This document shows positions 46,115-56,784 of a stretch of 64,000 nucleotides of DNA, piece after piece. The DNA is taken from the NCBI GenBank assembly GCA_001600695.1, contig BCKQ01000001.1:2389880-2453879 (forward strand). Reading direction: 5' to 3'. The first letter of the stretch is position 1. Each line of letters begins with the position of its first letter. A model generated the notes under the pieces. The model was given only the letters and a program-made list of their open reading frames with translations, searched no databases and was not told the origin of the DNA. The translations under genes were made by a program, and so were the position numbers. The stretch is from Ascoidea asiatica JCM 7603 (Eukaryota > Fungi > Ascomycota).

Positions 46115-46345
46115 AAATTTCGGGTTTATCACCTGTACCTGCTGGCCGGTTAAATTCCGGGGCGCTTATAAACGACCAATATAAATGTGTTTTATTTCCC
46201 AAAATTCTAGGGGCCTTGTTTAGTGGGTAGTTTGGCGAGTGCTAACTCTGTGCGTAACGTTGTTGAGGGTTACAGTCACTAGCAACTGGGACCCACCCCC
46301 AGCAGCTACCAGTTCTCTGGCTACCAATCTTGAGCAAATCGAGGA
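46115..46345. other. GC-enriched island with weaker nested stems upstream of RHO2
   Basis: GGTAGTT 46226-32/AGCTACC 46304-10; TAACTCT 46243-49/AGGGTTA 46266-72; TTGTTTA 46216-22/TGAGCAA 46331-37. Confidence 0.4.
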
Positions 46346-46939
46346 TGGATTTTTTTGATAGCTTCCTGCATGAGTATTTTTATTTTTAGAGGCATACATT
46401 AATAGATTTTTAAATAATCTGGAAAATACGTACGTAGCGGAAAGTGGTGTAAGAATAATTAAAGTCATAAATCTTTATCACTTCTGGTGTAATTATTAAA
46501 ATCACTAAAAATAATCAGATAATTAAATAATCAAATAATAATTATTATATAATCTATTAAAGCAATAGATCCAATAAAAATAGTAACGCTAGTTTCAAAA
46601 AAGTGGATTGACTAAATCCTATTAATAATCATTTCCGAACATTATAATCTTTTTTTAAAACACTATAGAATTTTATACTATTATTCAACTAGTTTTTTTA
46701 ATTTCACTTCTAAGTTCTATTATTCTTTTTTGGTATTAATATTGGTTCTATTTTCCAGTTTATGAATCTATTATTATTAATTAAGTTTTAAATCGTCGAT
46801 TAAATCACTAAGTGCATCATTTACAAACAATAAAAGGAATTGTAATTTATTATAGACATTTTGTTATAAACGTATTGTTTTATTGGTTCTTCACTAATAG
46901 ATTTGTAATTATATTTATATATATATTATCTTACATAAA

Positions 46940-47503
46940 ATGTCTGAAAGTATAATAAGAAGAAAAATAGTTATAGTAGGTGATGGGGCCTGTGGTAAAA
47001 CTTCTTTATTATATGTTTTTACTTTAGGGAAATTTCCTACTGAATATCATCCAACAGTTTTTGAAAATTATGTAACTGATTGTAGAGTTGATGGTAAAGC
47101 AGTTCAATTAGCATTATGGGATACTGCTGGTCAAGAAGAATATGAACGATTAAGACCTTTATCTTATTCAAAAGCGCATGTTGTATTAATAGGATTTTCA
47201 ATAGATGTGCCAGATTCTTTAGAAAATGCTGGTACAAAATGGTTTGAAGAAGTAACTGCAAATTGTAGGGGAGTACCAATAATATTAGTTGGTTTAAAAA
47301 AAGATTTAAGATTAAGTGATAAAGATCCAAGATATGTTCAATTTAGACAAGGAGATAATATCTCAAAAACAATTGGTGCACGAAGATATGTTGAATGTAG
47401 TGCTTTAACTGGTGAAGGAGTAGATGATGTATTTGAAATTGCAACAAGAACTAGTTTAATCGTAACGGAATCTAATAACTCTTCATGTTGCACCATTCTC
47501 TGA
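46940..47503 (+). CDS. RHO2: Rho GTPase Rho2
   Basis: [39 protein letters not shown] is the Rho2 signature. C-terminal CCTIL. Confidence 0.96.
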   Translation: MSESIIRRKIVIVGDGACGKTSLLYVFTLGKFPTEYHPTVFENYVTDCRVDGKAVQLALWDTAGQEEYERLRPLSYSKAHVVLIGFSIDVPDSLENAGTKWFEEVTANCRGVPIILVGLKKDLRLSDKDPRYVQFRQGDNISKTIGARRYVECSALTGEGVDDVFEIATRTSLIVTESNNSSCCTIL

Positions 47504-48457
47504 TGTTAATTATATCATTCGAAAATCATCAATATTTACCATTTTCAAAGTCATACTCTCTGACATTATCAATGACGAATATTTCAATTAATCGTTCATT
47601 CAATCAATCAAATAAGCCATCAAAATTATTAAATTATCAAGCAGTTCTAATAAATTAATCAATTAAAAGTTCTCTCATTCCATCATTTTCTCTATCTCTT
47701 ACGTTGTTTATTTTCATATATCTAATCTTTTGCATTTTATTTTTGTTAACTTAAGTTTCTTTCAACTCTATTTCAACTTATTTAACTTGAAACTAATTTT
47801 TATTTATATAATTGTTATTTTTATAGTTTTTATATTTTTTTTTATAGTTTTTACTGTTTTTGCTGTTTTTCTTATAATTGTTATTCTTATTGTTATCGTT
47901 TAAATCTGTTATTTTTTTTATACTGTTACTTTTTTTTGCTTATTGCCCTTCCCCCCCCCCCCACCATCATTGTACTGAATGTCTGTCTGGTTTTCTGTCT
48001 ATCACTTCACCATAATTATACTGTAATTAACCTTTCAATAAACATTTCAATTAACATTTCAATTAACATTTTACTAAATTTTTCATAGTTTCAATTATCA
48101 ATGACCATAATATCTAATAGATTCTTGCTTTAAGTTCTTGTAATTCCTGTAATTAGCTTATATTAACAGAATTTTTTACCGTACTATTTTGAGTAATTCT
48201 AAAATTTGATTGGAAAAATTAACAAATTTTCTTACACCACTTAAAAAAACCTTCGTTGTTAGTGCTATTATTTACGCAGTAATGTGTAATTTACAGTATG
48301 CATTTATTTAATATTTTCCATTTTAAAGGGGTTTTTATTTTTGTTTTCAGTCAAAGTAAATTATCTATTACTTTAACGTTCTAATAAATACAGGTCTGTG
48401 TTTTTTTATTGTGGTAGTTAAAGGGAAAAATGAAAAAAACGAGTTTTTACAGGCAAA

Positions 48458-48468
48458 AAAATTTTTCA
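48458..48468 (-). promoter_or_regulatory. RRPE element upstream of SSB
   Basis: AAAATTTTTCA is the reverse complement of TGAAAAATTTT, about 180 nt upstream of a ribosome-associated chaperone gene. Confidence 0.6.
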
Positions 48469-48648
48469 CTTTCATTGCCAACTCCTTTATCCTTTCTACA
48501 CTATATTTTTCCATCTATAAATCTAACGAACATAATAAAATTGATTTAACATTTATATCTAAAAATTTCTTCTCTTTAATATATTTTAAATAACTGTAGT
48601 TAAAATATAACATTTTTTGAAAAAAAATTATAATAATAGGAAGATAAA

Positions 48649-50490
48649 ATGGCTGAAGGTACATTTCCAGGTGCTATTGGTATTGATTTAGGTACAACCT
48701 ATTCATGTGTAGCAACTTATGATTCTGCTGTTGAAATCATTGCAAATGAACAAGGTAATCGTGTTACTCCTTCATTTGTTGCTTTCACCCCAGAAGAAAG
48801 ATTAATTGGTGATGCAGCCAAAAATCAAGCAGCTTTAAATCCAAAAAATACCGTTTTTGATGCTAAACGTTTAATCGGTAGAAGATTTGATGACCCAGCT
48901 GTTCAAAAAGATATCAAAACATGGCCATTTACCGTTATTGATTCTAATGGTTCTCCTTTAATTGAAGTTTCTTATTTAGGTGAAAATAAAACCTTTTCTC
49001 CACAAGAAATTTCTTCAATGGTTTTAACAAAAATGAAAGAAATTGCTGAAGCTAAAATAGGTAAAAAAGTTGAAAAAGCTGTTATTACTGTCCCAGCTTA
49101 TTTCAATGATGCTCAAAGACAAGCTACCAAAGATGCTGGTGCAATTTCTGGTTTAGACGTTTTAAGAATCATTAATGAACCAACTGCTGCTGCCATTGCT
49201 TATGGTTTAGGTGCAGGTAAATCTGACAAAGAAAGACATGTTTTAATTTTTGATTTAGGTGGAGGAACCTTCGATGTTTCTCTTTTACATATTGCTGGTG
49301 GTGTTTTCACTGTTAAAGCTACTAATGGTGATACCCATTTAGGTGGTCAAGATTTCGATACTAATTTATTAGATTATTTCCAAAAAGATTTTAAAAAGAA
49401 AACTGGTGCAGATATTTCAAAAGATTCTAGAGCTTTGCGTCGTTTAAGAACTGCTTGTGAAAGAGCAAAAAGAACTTTATCTTCCGTTGCTCAAACAACT
49501 GTTGAAGTTGATTCCTTATTTGATGGTGAAGATTTCAGTGCCAATATTACAAGAGCTAGATTTGAAGATATTAATTCTGCTTTATTCAAAGCTACTTTAG
49601 AACCTGTTGAGCAAGTTTTAAAAGATGCAAAAATTTCAAAATCAAAAGTTGACGAAGTCGTCTTAGTTGGTGGTTCTACTAGAATTCCTAAAGTTCAAAA
49701 ATTATTATCAGATTTTTTTGATGGTAAACAATTAGAAAAATCTATTAACCCTGATGAAGCTGTCGCTTATGGTGCTGCTGTTCAAGGTGCCATTTTAACT
49801 GGGCAATCTACAAATGATGAAACCAAAGATTTATTATTATTAGATGTTTGTCCATTATCTTTAGGTGTAGCTATGGAAGGTAATATTTTTGCTCCTGTTG
49901 TTCCAAGAAATACAACTGTTCCAACAATCAAACGTAGAACTTTTACCACTGTTGCTGATCATCAAACCACCGTTCAATTTCCAGTCTATCAAGGTGAACG
50001 TGTTAACTGTGCTGAAAATACTTTGTTAGGTGAATTTGACTTAAAAGGAATCCCTCCTATGTCTGCTGGAGAACCTGTTTTGGAAGCCATTTTTGAAGTT
50101 GATGCAAATGGTATTTTAAAAGTTACAGCTGTTGAAAAATCAACTGGTAGATCTGCCAATATTACTATATCAAATGCTGTAGGAAGATTATCCAGTGAAG
50201 ATATTGAAAAAATGATTGATGATGCCGAAAAATTCAAAAGTTCTGATGAATCTTTTGCCAAACGTCATGAAGCTAAGCAACGTTTAGAATCATATGTTGC
50301 TTCAATTGAATCAACTATTACCGATCCAGTTTTATCATCAAAATTGAAACGTGGTAATAAAAACAGAATTGAAAATGCCCTATCTGATGCTTTAGCTGCT
50401 TTAGAAATTGAAGATTCATCCGCTGAAGATTTCCGTAAAGCTGAATTAGGACTCAAGCGTGTCGTAACTAAAGCTATGTCATCTCGTTAA
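48649..50490 (+). CDS. SSB1: Ribosome-associated Hsp70 Ssb
   Basis: [24 protein letters not shown]...[17 protein letters not shown], 613 aa, no EEVD tail, strong codon bias. Confidence 0.98.
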   Translation: MAEGTFPGAIGIDLGTTYSCVATYDSAVEIIANEQGNRVTPSFVAFTPEERLIGDAAKNQAALNPKNTVFDAKRLIGRRFDDPAVQKDIKTWPFTVIDSNGSPLIEVSYLGENKTFSPQEISSMVLTKMKEIAEAKIGKKVEKAVITVPAYFNDAQRQATKDAGAISGLDVLRIINEPTAAAIAYGLGAGKSDKERHVLIFDLGGGTFDVSLLHIAGGVFTVKATNGDTHLGGQDFDTNLLDYFQKDFKKKTGADISKDSRALRRLRTACERAKRTLSSVAQTTVEVDSLFDGEDFSANITRARFEDINSALFKATLEPVEQVLKDAKISKSKVDEVVLVGGSTRIPKVQKLLSDFFDGKQLEKSINPDEAVAYGAAVQGAILTGQSTNDETKDLLLLDVCPLSLGVAMEGNIFAPVVPRNTTVPTIKRRTFTTVADHQTTVQFPVYQGERVNCAENTLLGEFDLKGIPPMSAGEPVLEAIFEVDANGILKVTAVEKSTGRSANITISNAVGRLSSEDIEKMIDDAEKFKSSDESFAKRHEAKQRLESYVASIESTITDPVLSSKLKRGNKNRIENALSDALAALEIEDSSAEDFRKAELGLKRVVTKAMSSR

Positions 50491-50788
50491 GTTATTTAAA
50501 TAATTTTGAAAACTCCTCAAAACCCAATTAATATTAGCTATATATATATATTTCAGTCAATGTGCTATATGAAAAGTATATTTAGTTAATTTAATGCCCC
50601 TCCTTATACAATAAATTTTTTAAAGAAAAAATAAATAAATTGGAAAAGGTTTCTGTGTAGAATAATTTTTTTACTTAGCCGTATAATTATATAAAAAAAA
50701 AACTGAAAAGTTGATTTTTTTGATCAATATGTAGTTCGTGTAACTTTTGTAAATTATAGAACTATTCATATTTGAAAAGTACAAAAAT

Positions 50789-53700
50789 TTATGTTATTGA
50801 ATTATTTTGAGATTCCTGTTCAACAAATTGCATTTCCTCAATAATCTCTATGGTGCTATCCTCTCCATAATTAACACCATATGAGCCCAATAATGGTAAT
50901 TTCCCATCTGTGAAACTCTGGATAAGTGACAAGCGCTGTTTTTCTCCCAATCTCGAGAGCGGAAAATCTTCCTTTGAAGTAAAAGCAATGATATCTAAAA
51001 TCAAGTGATTAGCATTTAAAACTTTTGAAAAAATAACCGGCACTAAAGAAGACTGATACTTTTTTCTTTTTGTAGAGCAAACGGCAATTGCATACCCATC
51101 GCATTTAAAGACACAAGCAAAAAAAATATCTGGATGAGATGTCTCAATAGTGTGTTCAACATCGACTGCAAAATGGTGTAATCCTAAAGAATCGAAAGTT
51201 TCAGCTATACTTCCAAGTACGTATAACAATTGTAAATTCATAGAATTTCCATTGTATGCTGTTTGCGTTATATTATGAATAAACCCTAGATCTCCAGTTC
51301 TAAAATACGAGAAATTATTTTCAGAGTTTTTTATTTTAGCACCCAACATATCTTTGAGAAATGGATCAGTTTTTTTTTTAGAACCATCGATGAGTCCTGA
51401 AGCATTCCCTTCGGAATGAACCCATATTTCACCGTATTCACCAACTTTGCATAATTCCAAGGTTTCTGGATTTACAATGGAAACTTGTGTGCAAGAAAAA
51501 ACACACCCAGAATCTTGAACTCTGATGCCATCGGAGAAAGTTGATGGATTAACCAATGAAACAAATCCTTGCCTTAAAGCTATAGGATCTAACCATAATT
51601 CAACTGGTTCAGTATTCAAATAAGAACGGCAAGCAATCATAGGATTGAATTTATGAGAATAAACATTACTAATATGAAAATTAGAGCTAGGAAAAAAACT
51701 TTTGAAATTTTTCATCAAGCTCTGATGTGGTCGAGATTCATATGCCACCATTAAATTTTCAAGATTATTTAGAGTTAACTGTTTAGAAGGACTTGAAAAA
51801 TGAATTAAATGAGAAATCATCTGAGGAGTCACAAAAACATCTTTGACCTTATAATTTTGTATTGCTGAAAAAAAAAGATTTGGTGATCTATAATAGTCGG
51901 TCGGTAAATAAAGATATGTTGAGGATCCCAAATACACTCCAATTAAAGAACTTTGAATCATTCCAAGACCAGATACATGCCTAGCACAAGCCAAAATTGA
52001 ATTAGAGCTTGTTAATCTGCAAGTCTCCTTGAATATTTTGCATATTGCCATCAAAGTAGCATGGTTATATTTGACACCAATTCTTTTATTATCGGCTGTC
52101 CAATTTAAACATACTAATACTGTTGTGGATTCATTTCTATAATCAAACTTCTTTTGAAACAAAGCCATTTTAGACCTTATGGAAGCAGGCAGAACGGTTT
52201 TATATTTCGAGGTATTTTTTATTTTTGGTAATTTAGAAGTATAAGATAGTTTTTTTAGCTCTTTCGAAATTTGTTTCAACTTGAAAATTTGTTCCGCATC
52301 GTTATTTACAAAAATCATTTTAACATTAAAATCCTTAACAACATCCATAAAGGCTTTCACATCTTCTTCAATAAGATTTGAATCTAGGGGAAGCATCGGT
52401 ATTGGGACAACTCCTGACAAAAAACAAGCAAATAATGCTATTACAAAATCCTCTGAAATATTATACATTAAAATGATTGAATCTCCTGGTTTTAGAAGAG
52501 ACTTGAACAAAATATAGTAACAAACAGATGCTATTTTCTGATCAAATTTTTTCCAAGAGCAATCTCTGGTTCTATGAGCATCTAATATGGTTGCAAATGC
52601 TAGATTATCTGGATGGTTTACTACTCTCCATCTTAAAAGGTCTACTAAGGTCTTAAAATCAGTTAAAGGTGCATTGGTTCGATCATCTATCGATACATTA
52701 CAGACATCAAGTCCAGTGAATTGTTGTTCAGAATTTTCTAAAACTTCAGCACGAACTCTAGCAGAAAAAGACGACCAAATTCCTCCTCGGATATCTCTAC
52801 CATAAGGAATGTTGCTTATCGCTTTACTGAAGTTGAATTTGACATATGCAGCTTTTAGGGCCCCATTTATAAATCTCGTTTGGCACAGTCTATTTGCTAT
52901 GTCTTTCTGACCATTTTTATAAATTCGAGGTAAGGCGTTAGAAGGAGTTATCAAAATGCAATATAATCTAACATTATGAGCTTTTTCAATAAGTTCAAAA
53001 CACTGATCAGAAAGTATATCTAGCTCTGGATAATTAATACCGGAATTTGCAATAGCCACATTGGTTTTAGGCAAAGCAAGTCTTGTTTCTATGCATGCAG
53101 CAGGTAAACTTTCACCATTTATTGTTATGTTAAAAATTGAGCATTCCGATATAAAATTGAACTTTCTAAACAAAGTATGATTTATATGTTCAATGTAATG
53201 ATATCTGTAACCATTTGCACTAAAGGCATCACTCTTATTATTTGTAGAAGAAACTTTACTTAAGAGGCTATCTTGACGATATGGAAATGTTGAGCCAGTT
53301 GCATTATTACTTAAAGGTCTTGAAATCATCAGTCCTGAACTATTTTCTCTTGTTGGATTTACCAAATTGTTTCCGGTATCAGAAGAAGGAACGCTCGAAT
53401 CAGGGTATCCATATTTATCCTTAAATAGCTTTTTATCTATCCAGGAAACTTTTTGCCTAAATCTATCTTCATATAATCCTAAAACAAAAACTTTTCCATT
53501 ATAAAGAAAGCCTAAAAGGCCCGTTCTCAAAAATTCTAGATTCAATTGTCCCTGATAATCATTACATTTAGCTAAGAATAAGCTTTGTGTTTCAGCAGAA
53601 TTATCCCAAAACCCACCAGGGAATGAAGGACTATCAACCCAAATTTCCCCAACTTCCATGAGGGCAGATAACACCTTTGTTTCTGGATTTACCATTGCTA

Positions 53701-55747
53701 AAGTGGTATCTGGTAATGGAAAGCCGAAAGAGCATACCCTAACATATTTTGTGTAAATTTTGCTATCAATGTTACTAAGCTGAGGTGGTGGTTTATCACT
53801 TACAATTTTAACCGTATTTGTAGCGAGTGAATCTCTGTCTATTAATACTTCTGATAATACGGAAGAAGAAACCATATCCATGGTTGGAGTCCCATCCTCA
53901 TCTGCAGTAATAGGAGTTTGGAAATCACAGCCCATTCTATCCTCCTTACTTATCCAATCTCTCATTGATATTATCATTCCACCATATTGATTTAAAGTAC
54001 AGATTGGAGCAACTACATCTCTTATATTTTCACATCCCAAAGGTTTTAGCCATCTATTTATTATTATTTCATTTAATTCACCATTCACTGTGGAAGTACT
54101 AATTAAACACCATTTAACACAGGATAAATTTGGTTTTCTTTTTTTGTCAAAGTTTCTAGTAGATAATGGATCTGCCTGGTAATTAAAAGCGACAGATTTC
54201 AATCCAAGATAATCAGAAAGTAATATGCTTGATCTAAATCGGGTAATTACATTAGCATATAAACCGGGAAAATTCATTAACTCTGACGGGGCCCATAATA
54301 AAGTATTTCCTGAATAAATTAAAAAAAAAATGCTAGCAATTAAACCAGTTGAGTACCTACAATCAAAAGTACTAAAAATAAACTCTTTAGAAGCTTGATA
54401 ATTTACTTCAGATCTTTTCAAAGAGCCTCTTGACCTAACCCATAATGGGGAACTTTGTAAAATCTTGTTTAGGTTTGTCATCTGATGAATTATAGTTTTA
54501 TGATTCAACACAACTCCATGAAGTTTTCCAATTGAAGATTTAGAATATTCGATATATGCAATATCAGTCACATTTAAAGGTGGTGGATCTGCTTTTTTGG
54601 AAGGAAGATGATATGTCCCCAAATCATCTGTTTTCAAGAAAGCTAAGCCTTTTGGCCATTTGATTTTTGTTGTTATTGAATTATTTAGTTTTTCAAAATT
54701 TTTGAAAATTGAAGTGGAATAGAAACAGAAATGACATTGAGTTCTATTCAAAATTTCAATCATATCATTTGTATTTAAGTCAATAATAGGAATGGCAACG
54801 GAACCCGCTAAAAAACAACCAAAAAGTGCAACAGTAAACTCTATAATCTCATTTTTTTTATAAATCAAACAGATTCTATCACCTTTATATAAACCAGTTT
54901 TTTTTCTTATAAATTGAGCGATCTTTTCAGCTTTCAAATATAATTTCTCCCAAGTAATCATTGCTGCTTCTTTACCTCTGGAATCTAACGAAATTATTGC
55001 TAAATCTTTTGGATAAGTTGAAGCTCTTTGTCGTAAAATAGTGGGTAAATTTTTTATTTTTTCTGACCCAGAAATATCATATTGATTTCTGGGATCTAGA
55101 GGCCTTTGTAATTCAACATTTGACATTTCTAATTCATTTTGGTTTGAGTTTTGGTTTTGATTTTGATTTTGATAATCAGATTGAAATTTATTCAAATAAT
55201 TATTTTGAGGGGTAATTATTGGGAAATTTTGATCCGGATTTCCACTCTGGCTCTCTGGCTGAAGTTGTAATTGTTGCTGCATAAATAATTGCTGAGAATT
55301 AAGAGATGGAGATAATGGAAGAGACGATTGTTCATTTTCAGAAGAAATTATGAAAGGAGATTGAAATTGGATATTTATTGGAGATTGATTTTCGGAAAAG
55401 GATAAAGGTTGTATTATTGCTGGATTTGGCGATTGACTTGAAGATTGATTTTGATTTTTAGTTGAAATTGGAATTGAAGATTGTGTTAAAGAATTGACAG
55501 GCTGCAATCTTTGAAAATTAGAGCTGTTATTTGAAAAAATAGAAGGATTGTATTCATTGTTTGAAAAAGAAGAAATATTTCGGCCATGGGAGGGTTGGGC
55601 CTGAATATTTTTAAGATCTTCTAAAATTAAAGATCTTTTTTTAATATAACCTTTGTCAGTATAATCTCCATCATTATAATCGGTAATCAATTTTTGTAAG
55701 GTAATGATAATTTCAGGAGGAGCATCACTAGGAATTGAAAAATCCAT
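50789..55747 (-). CDS. CMR2: DIP2-family protein (DMAP1-binding domain plus two adenylate-forming-like domains)
   Basis: N-terminal DGDYTDKGYIKKR, TWEKLYLKAEKIA, VGEIWVDSP...FLRTGLLGF, second domain GEIWV...YFRTGDLGF, SRLGEKQR. Confidence 0.92.
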   Translation of the reverse strand: MDFSIPSDAPPEIIITLQKLITDYNDGDYTDKGYIKKRSLILEDLKNIQAQPSHGRNISSFSNNEYNPSIFSNNSSNFQRLQPVNSLTQSSIPISTKNQNQSSSQSPNPAIIQPLSFSENQSPINIQFQSPFIISSENEQSSLPLSPSLNSQQLFMQQQLQLQPESQSGNPDQNFPIITPQNNYLNKFQSDYQNQNQNQNSNQNELEMSNVELQRPLDPRNQYDISGSEKIKNLPTILRQRASTYPKDLAIISLDSRGKEAAMITWEKLYLKAEKIAQFIRKKTGLYKGDRICLIYKKNEIIEFTVALFGCFLAGSVAIPIIDLNTNDMIEILNRTQCHFCFYSTSIFKNFEKLNNSITTKIKWPKGLAFLKTDDLGTYHLPSKKADPPPLNVTDIAYIEYSKSSIGKLHGVVLNHKTIIHQMTNLNKILQSSPLWVRSRGSLKRSEVNYQASKEFIFSTFDCRYSTGLIASIFFLIYSGNTLLWAPSELMNFPGLYANVITRFRSSILLSDYLGLKSVAFNYQADPLSTRNFDKKRKPNLSCVKWCLISTSTVNGELNEIIINRWLKPLGCENIRDVVAPICTLNQYGGMIISMRDWISKEDRMGCDFQTPITADEDGTPTMDMVSSSVLSEVLIDRDSLATNTVKIVSDKPPPQLSNIDSKIYTKYVRVCSFGFPLPDTTLAMVNPETKVLSALMEVGEIWVDSPSFPGGFWDNSAETQSLFLAKCNDYQGQLNLEFLRTGLLGFLYNGKVFVLGLYEDRFRQKVSWIDKKLFKDKYGYPDSSVPSSDTGNNLVNPTRENSSGLMISRPLSNNATGSTFPYRQDSLLSKVSSTNNKSDAFSANGYRYHYIEHINHTLFRKFNFISECSIFNITINGESLPAACIETRLALPKTNVAIANSGINYPELDILSDQCFELIEKAHNVRLYCILITPSNALPRIYKNGQKDIANRLCQTRFINGALKAAYVKFNFSKAISNIPYGRDIRGGIWSSFSARVRAEVLENSEQQFTGLDVCNVSIDDRTNAPLTDFKTLVDLLRWRVVNHPDNLAFATILDAHRTRDCSWKKFDQKIASVCYYILFKSLLKPGDSIILMYNISEDFVIALFACFLSGVVPIPMLPLDSNLIEEDVKAFMDVVKDFNVKMIFVNNDAEQIFKLKQISKELKKLSYTSKLPKIKNTSKYKTVLPASIRSKMALFQKKFDYRNESTTVLVCLNWTADNKRIGVKYNHATLMAICKIFKETCRLTSSNSILACARHVSGLGMIQSSLIGVYLGSSTYLYLPTDYYRSPNLFFSAIQNYKVKDVFVTPQMISHLIHFSSPSKQLTLNNLENLMVAYESRPHQSLMKNFKSFFPSSNFHISNVYSHKFNPMIACRSYLNTEPVELWLDPIALRQGFVSLVNPSTFSDGIRVQDSGCVFSCTQVSIVNPETLELCKVGEYGEIWVHSEGNASGLIDGSKKKTDPFLKDMLGAKIKNSENNFSYFRTGDLGFIHNITQTAYNGNSMNLQLLYVLGSIAETFDSLGLHHFAVDVEHTIETSHPDIFFACVFKCDGYAIAVCSTKRKKYQSSLVPVIFSKVLNANHLILDIIAFTSKEDFPLSRLGEKQRLSLIQSFTDGKLPLLGSYGVNYGEDSTIEIIEEMQFVEQESQNNSIT

Positions 55748-56189
55748 TTCCTAAAAAAATATTTTAAAGAGTACAAAGTTGAAAATTGAATCAAATATCA
55801 GCCTGAATGATTGTATTACTGTATAAATTGGTTAAGAAACATCAATTAATCAAATAAGTTACAACTGACTTAATCTCGATAGAGTTTTTAGTTCAATTCA
55901 TGGTTATTTTCAAATAGGGATCAAGACTACGCCGCTTGATAGTTGGATTCATTTTTCGTTAGAATTACGTAATACTGGATATTACTAAAGCATTCATGAA
56001 GGGTCTATACATACATTAATATCGTGAAAGAAACTCATTTATTTCTCTGGCACAATTAACATCCTATAAATGAGAAATACTATGTTTATTATTGAAAAAA
56101 ATTATTAAATATTATTATATATGAATTTTCAATCCTGCTCATCAATCTTTGGCTATGTAGCTCTTATCCACCAGTGTGAATCCCAGTAG

Positions 56190-56440
56190 TAGACAGTTTC
56201 AGGAATTGCCTGGACGCGTGCAAAACACCTATCTTTAACGGGACAAGTGTGTCACCTTGGATCCGGAATCAGCTTTCAATTACACTCAGAATGCTTTAAT
56301 GTGTACCATAGGTATCCCAAATAGAGAATAAAACACTCCATCAACGGGATTAAGTTAGAATAGATGGGACCGTCCCGGTATAGCATTTCCTGAGTTGGAG
56401 AGGTGTTCGGTTTGGCAAACCTGAAATGAGAAACTGGAAT
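56190..56440 (+). other. GC-enriched island forming a rod-like hairpin in the CMR2/CENP-B-like divergent promoter
   Basis: TTTCAGG 56197-203/CCTGAAA 56420-26; TTGCC/GGCAA; AACACCT 56224-30/AGGTGTT 56401-07; CTTTAAC/GTTGGAG; ACTCAG-AATGCT 56284-95/AGCATT..CTGAGT 56382-95; TGTACC/GGTATA. Confidence 0.6.
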
Positions 56441-56784
56441 GCAAAAAACAGGATCAATTTCAAAATCCACATAAACCATTTAAATAAATAAATAAACAAT
56501 TCGCTAATCAAAAAATTAAAACAGATATATATAGTTCAGATTCTTAAAAATACCAGAATATAAACACAATATATAACAACATTAAAAACATTTTATCTCT
56601 TTTATTTTCTTCTCTTGAAAGCATCCTTTTTTTACTTTATTTATAATAGTGTTATTGTTGTTTTTTTTGTACATCATATTCAACAAGATACTTACTGTGG
56701 TTGTTAATATAGATATTTCGCTAAGCAAGTTACCTACGCTTTAATAATTTTTTTTATGAAAATTTTAAGAATTTCCATTAAAAG

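Noticed and set aside
46430-46900. Possible 5'UTR intron of RHO2 (GTACGT ... CACTAATAG)
   Set aside because: The branch is non-consensus and directly abuts the only nearby AG; not supportable.
47951-47962. C12 homopolymer as G-quadruplex or regulatory element
   Set aside because: Single isolated run with no supporting context.
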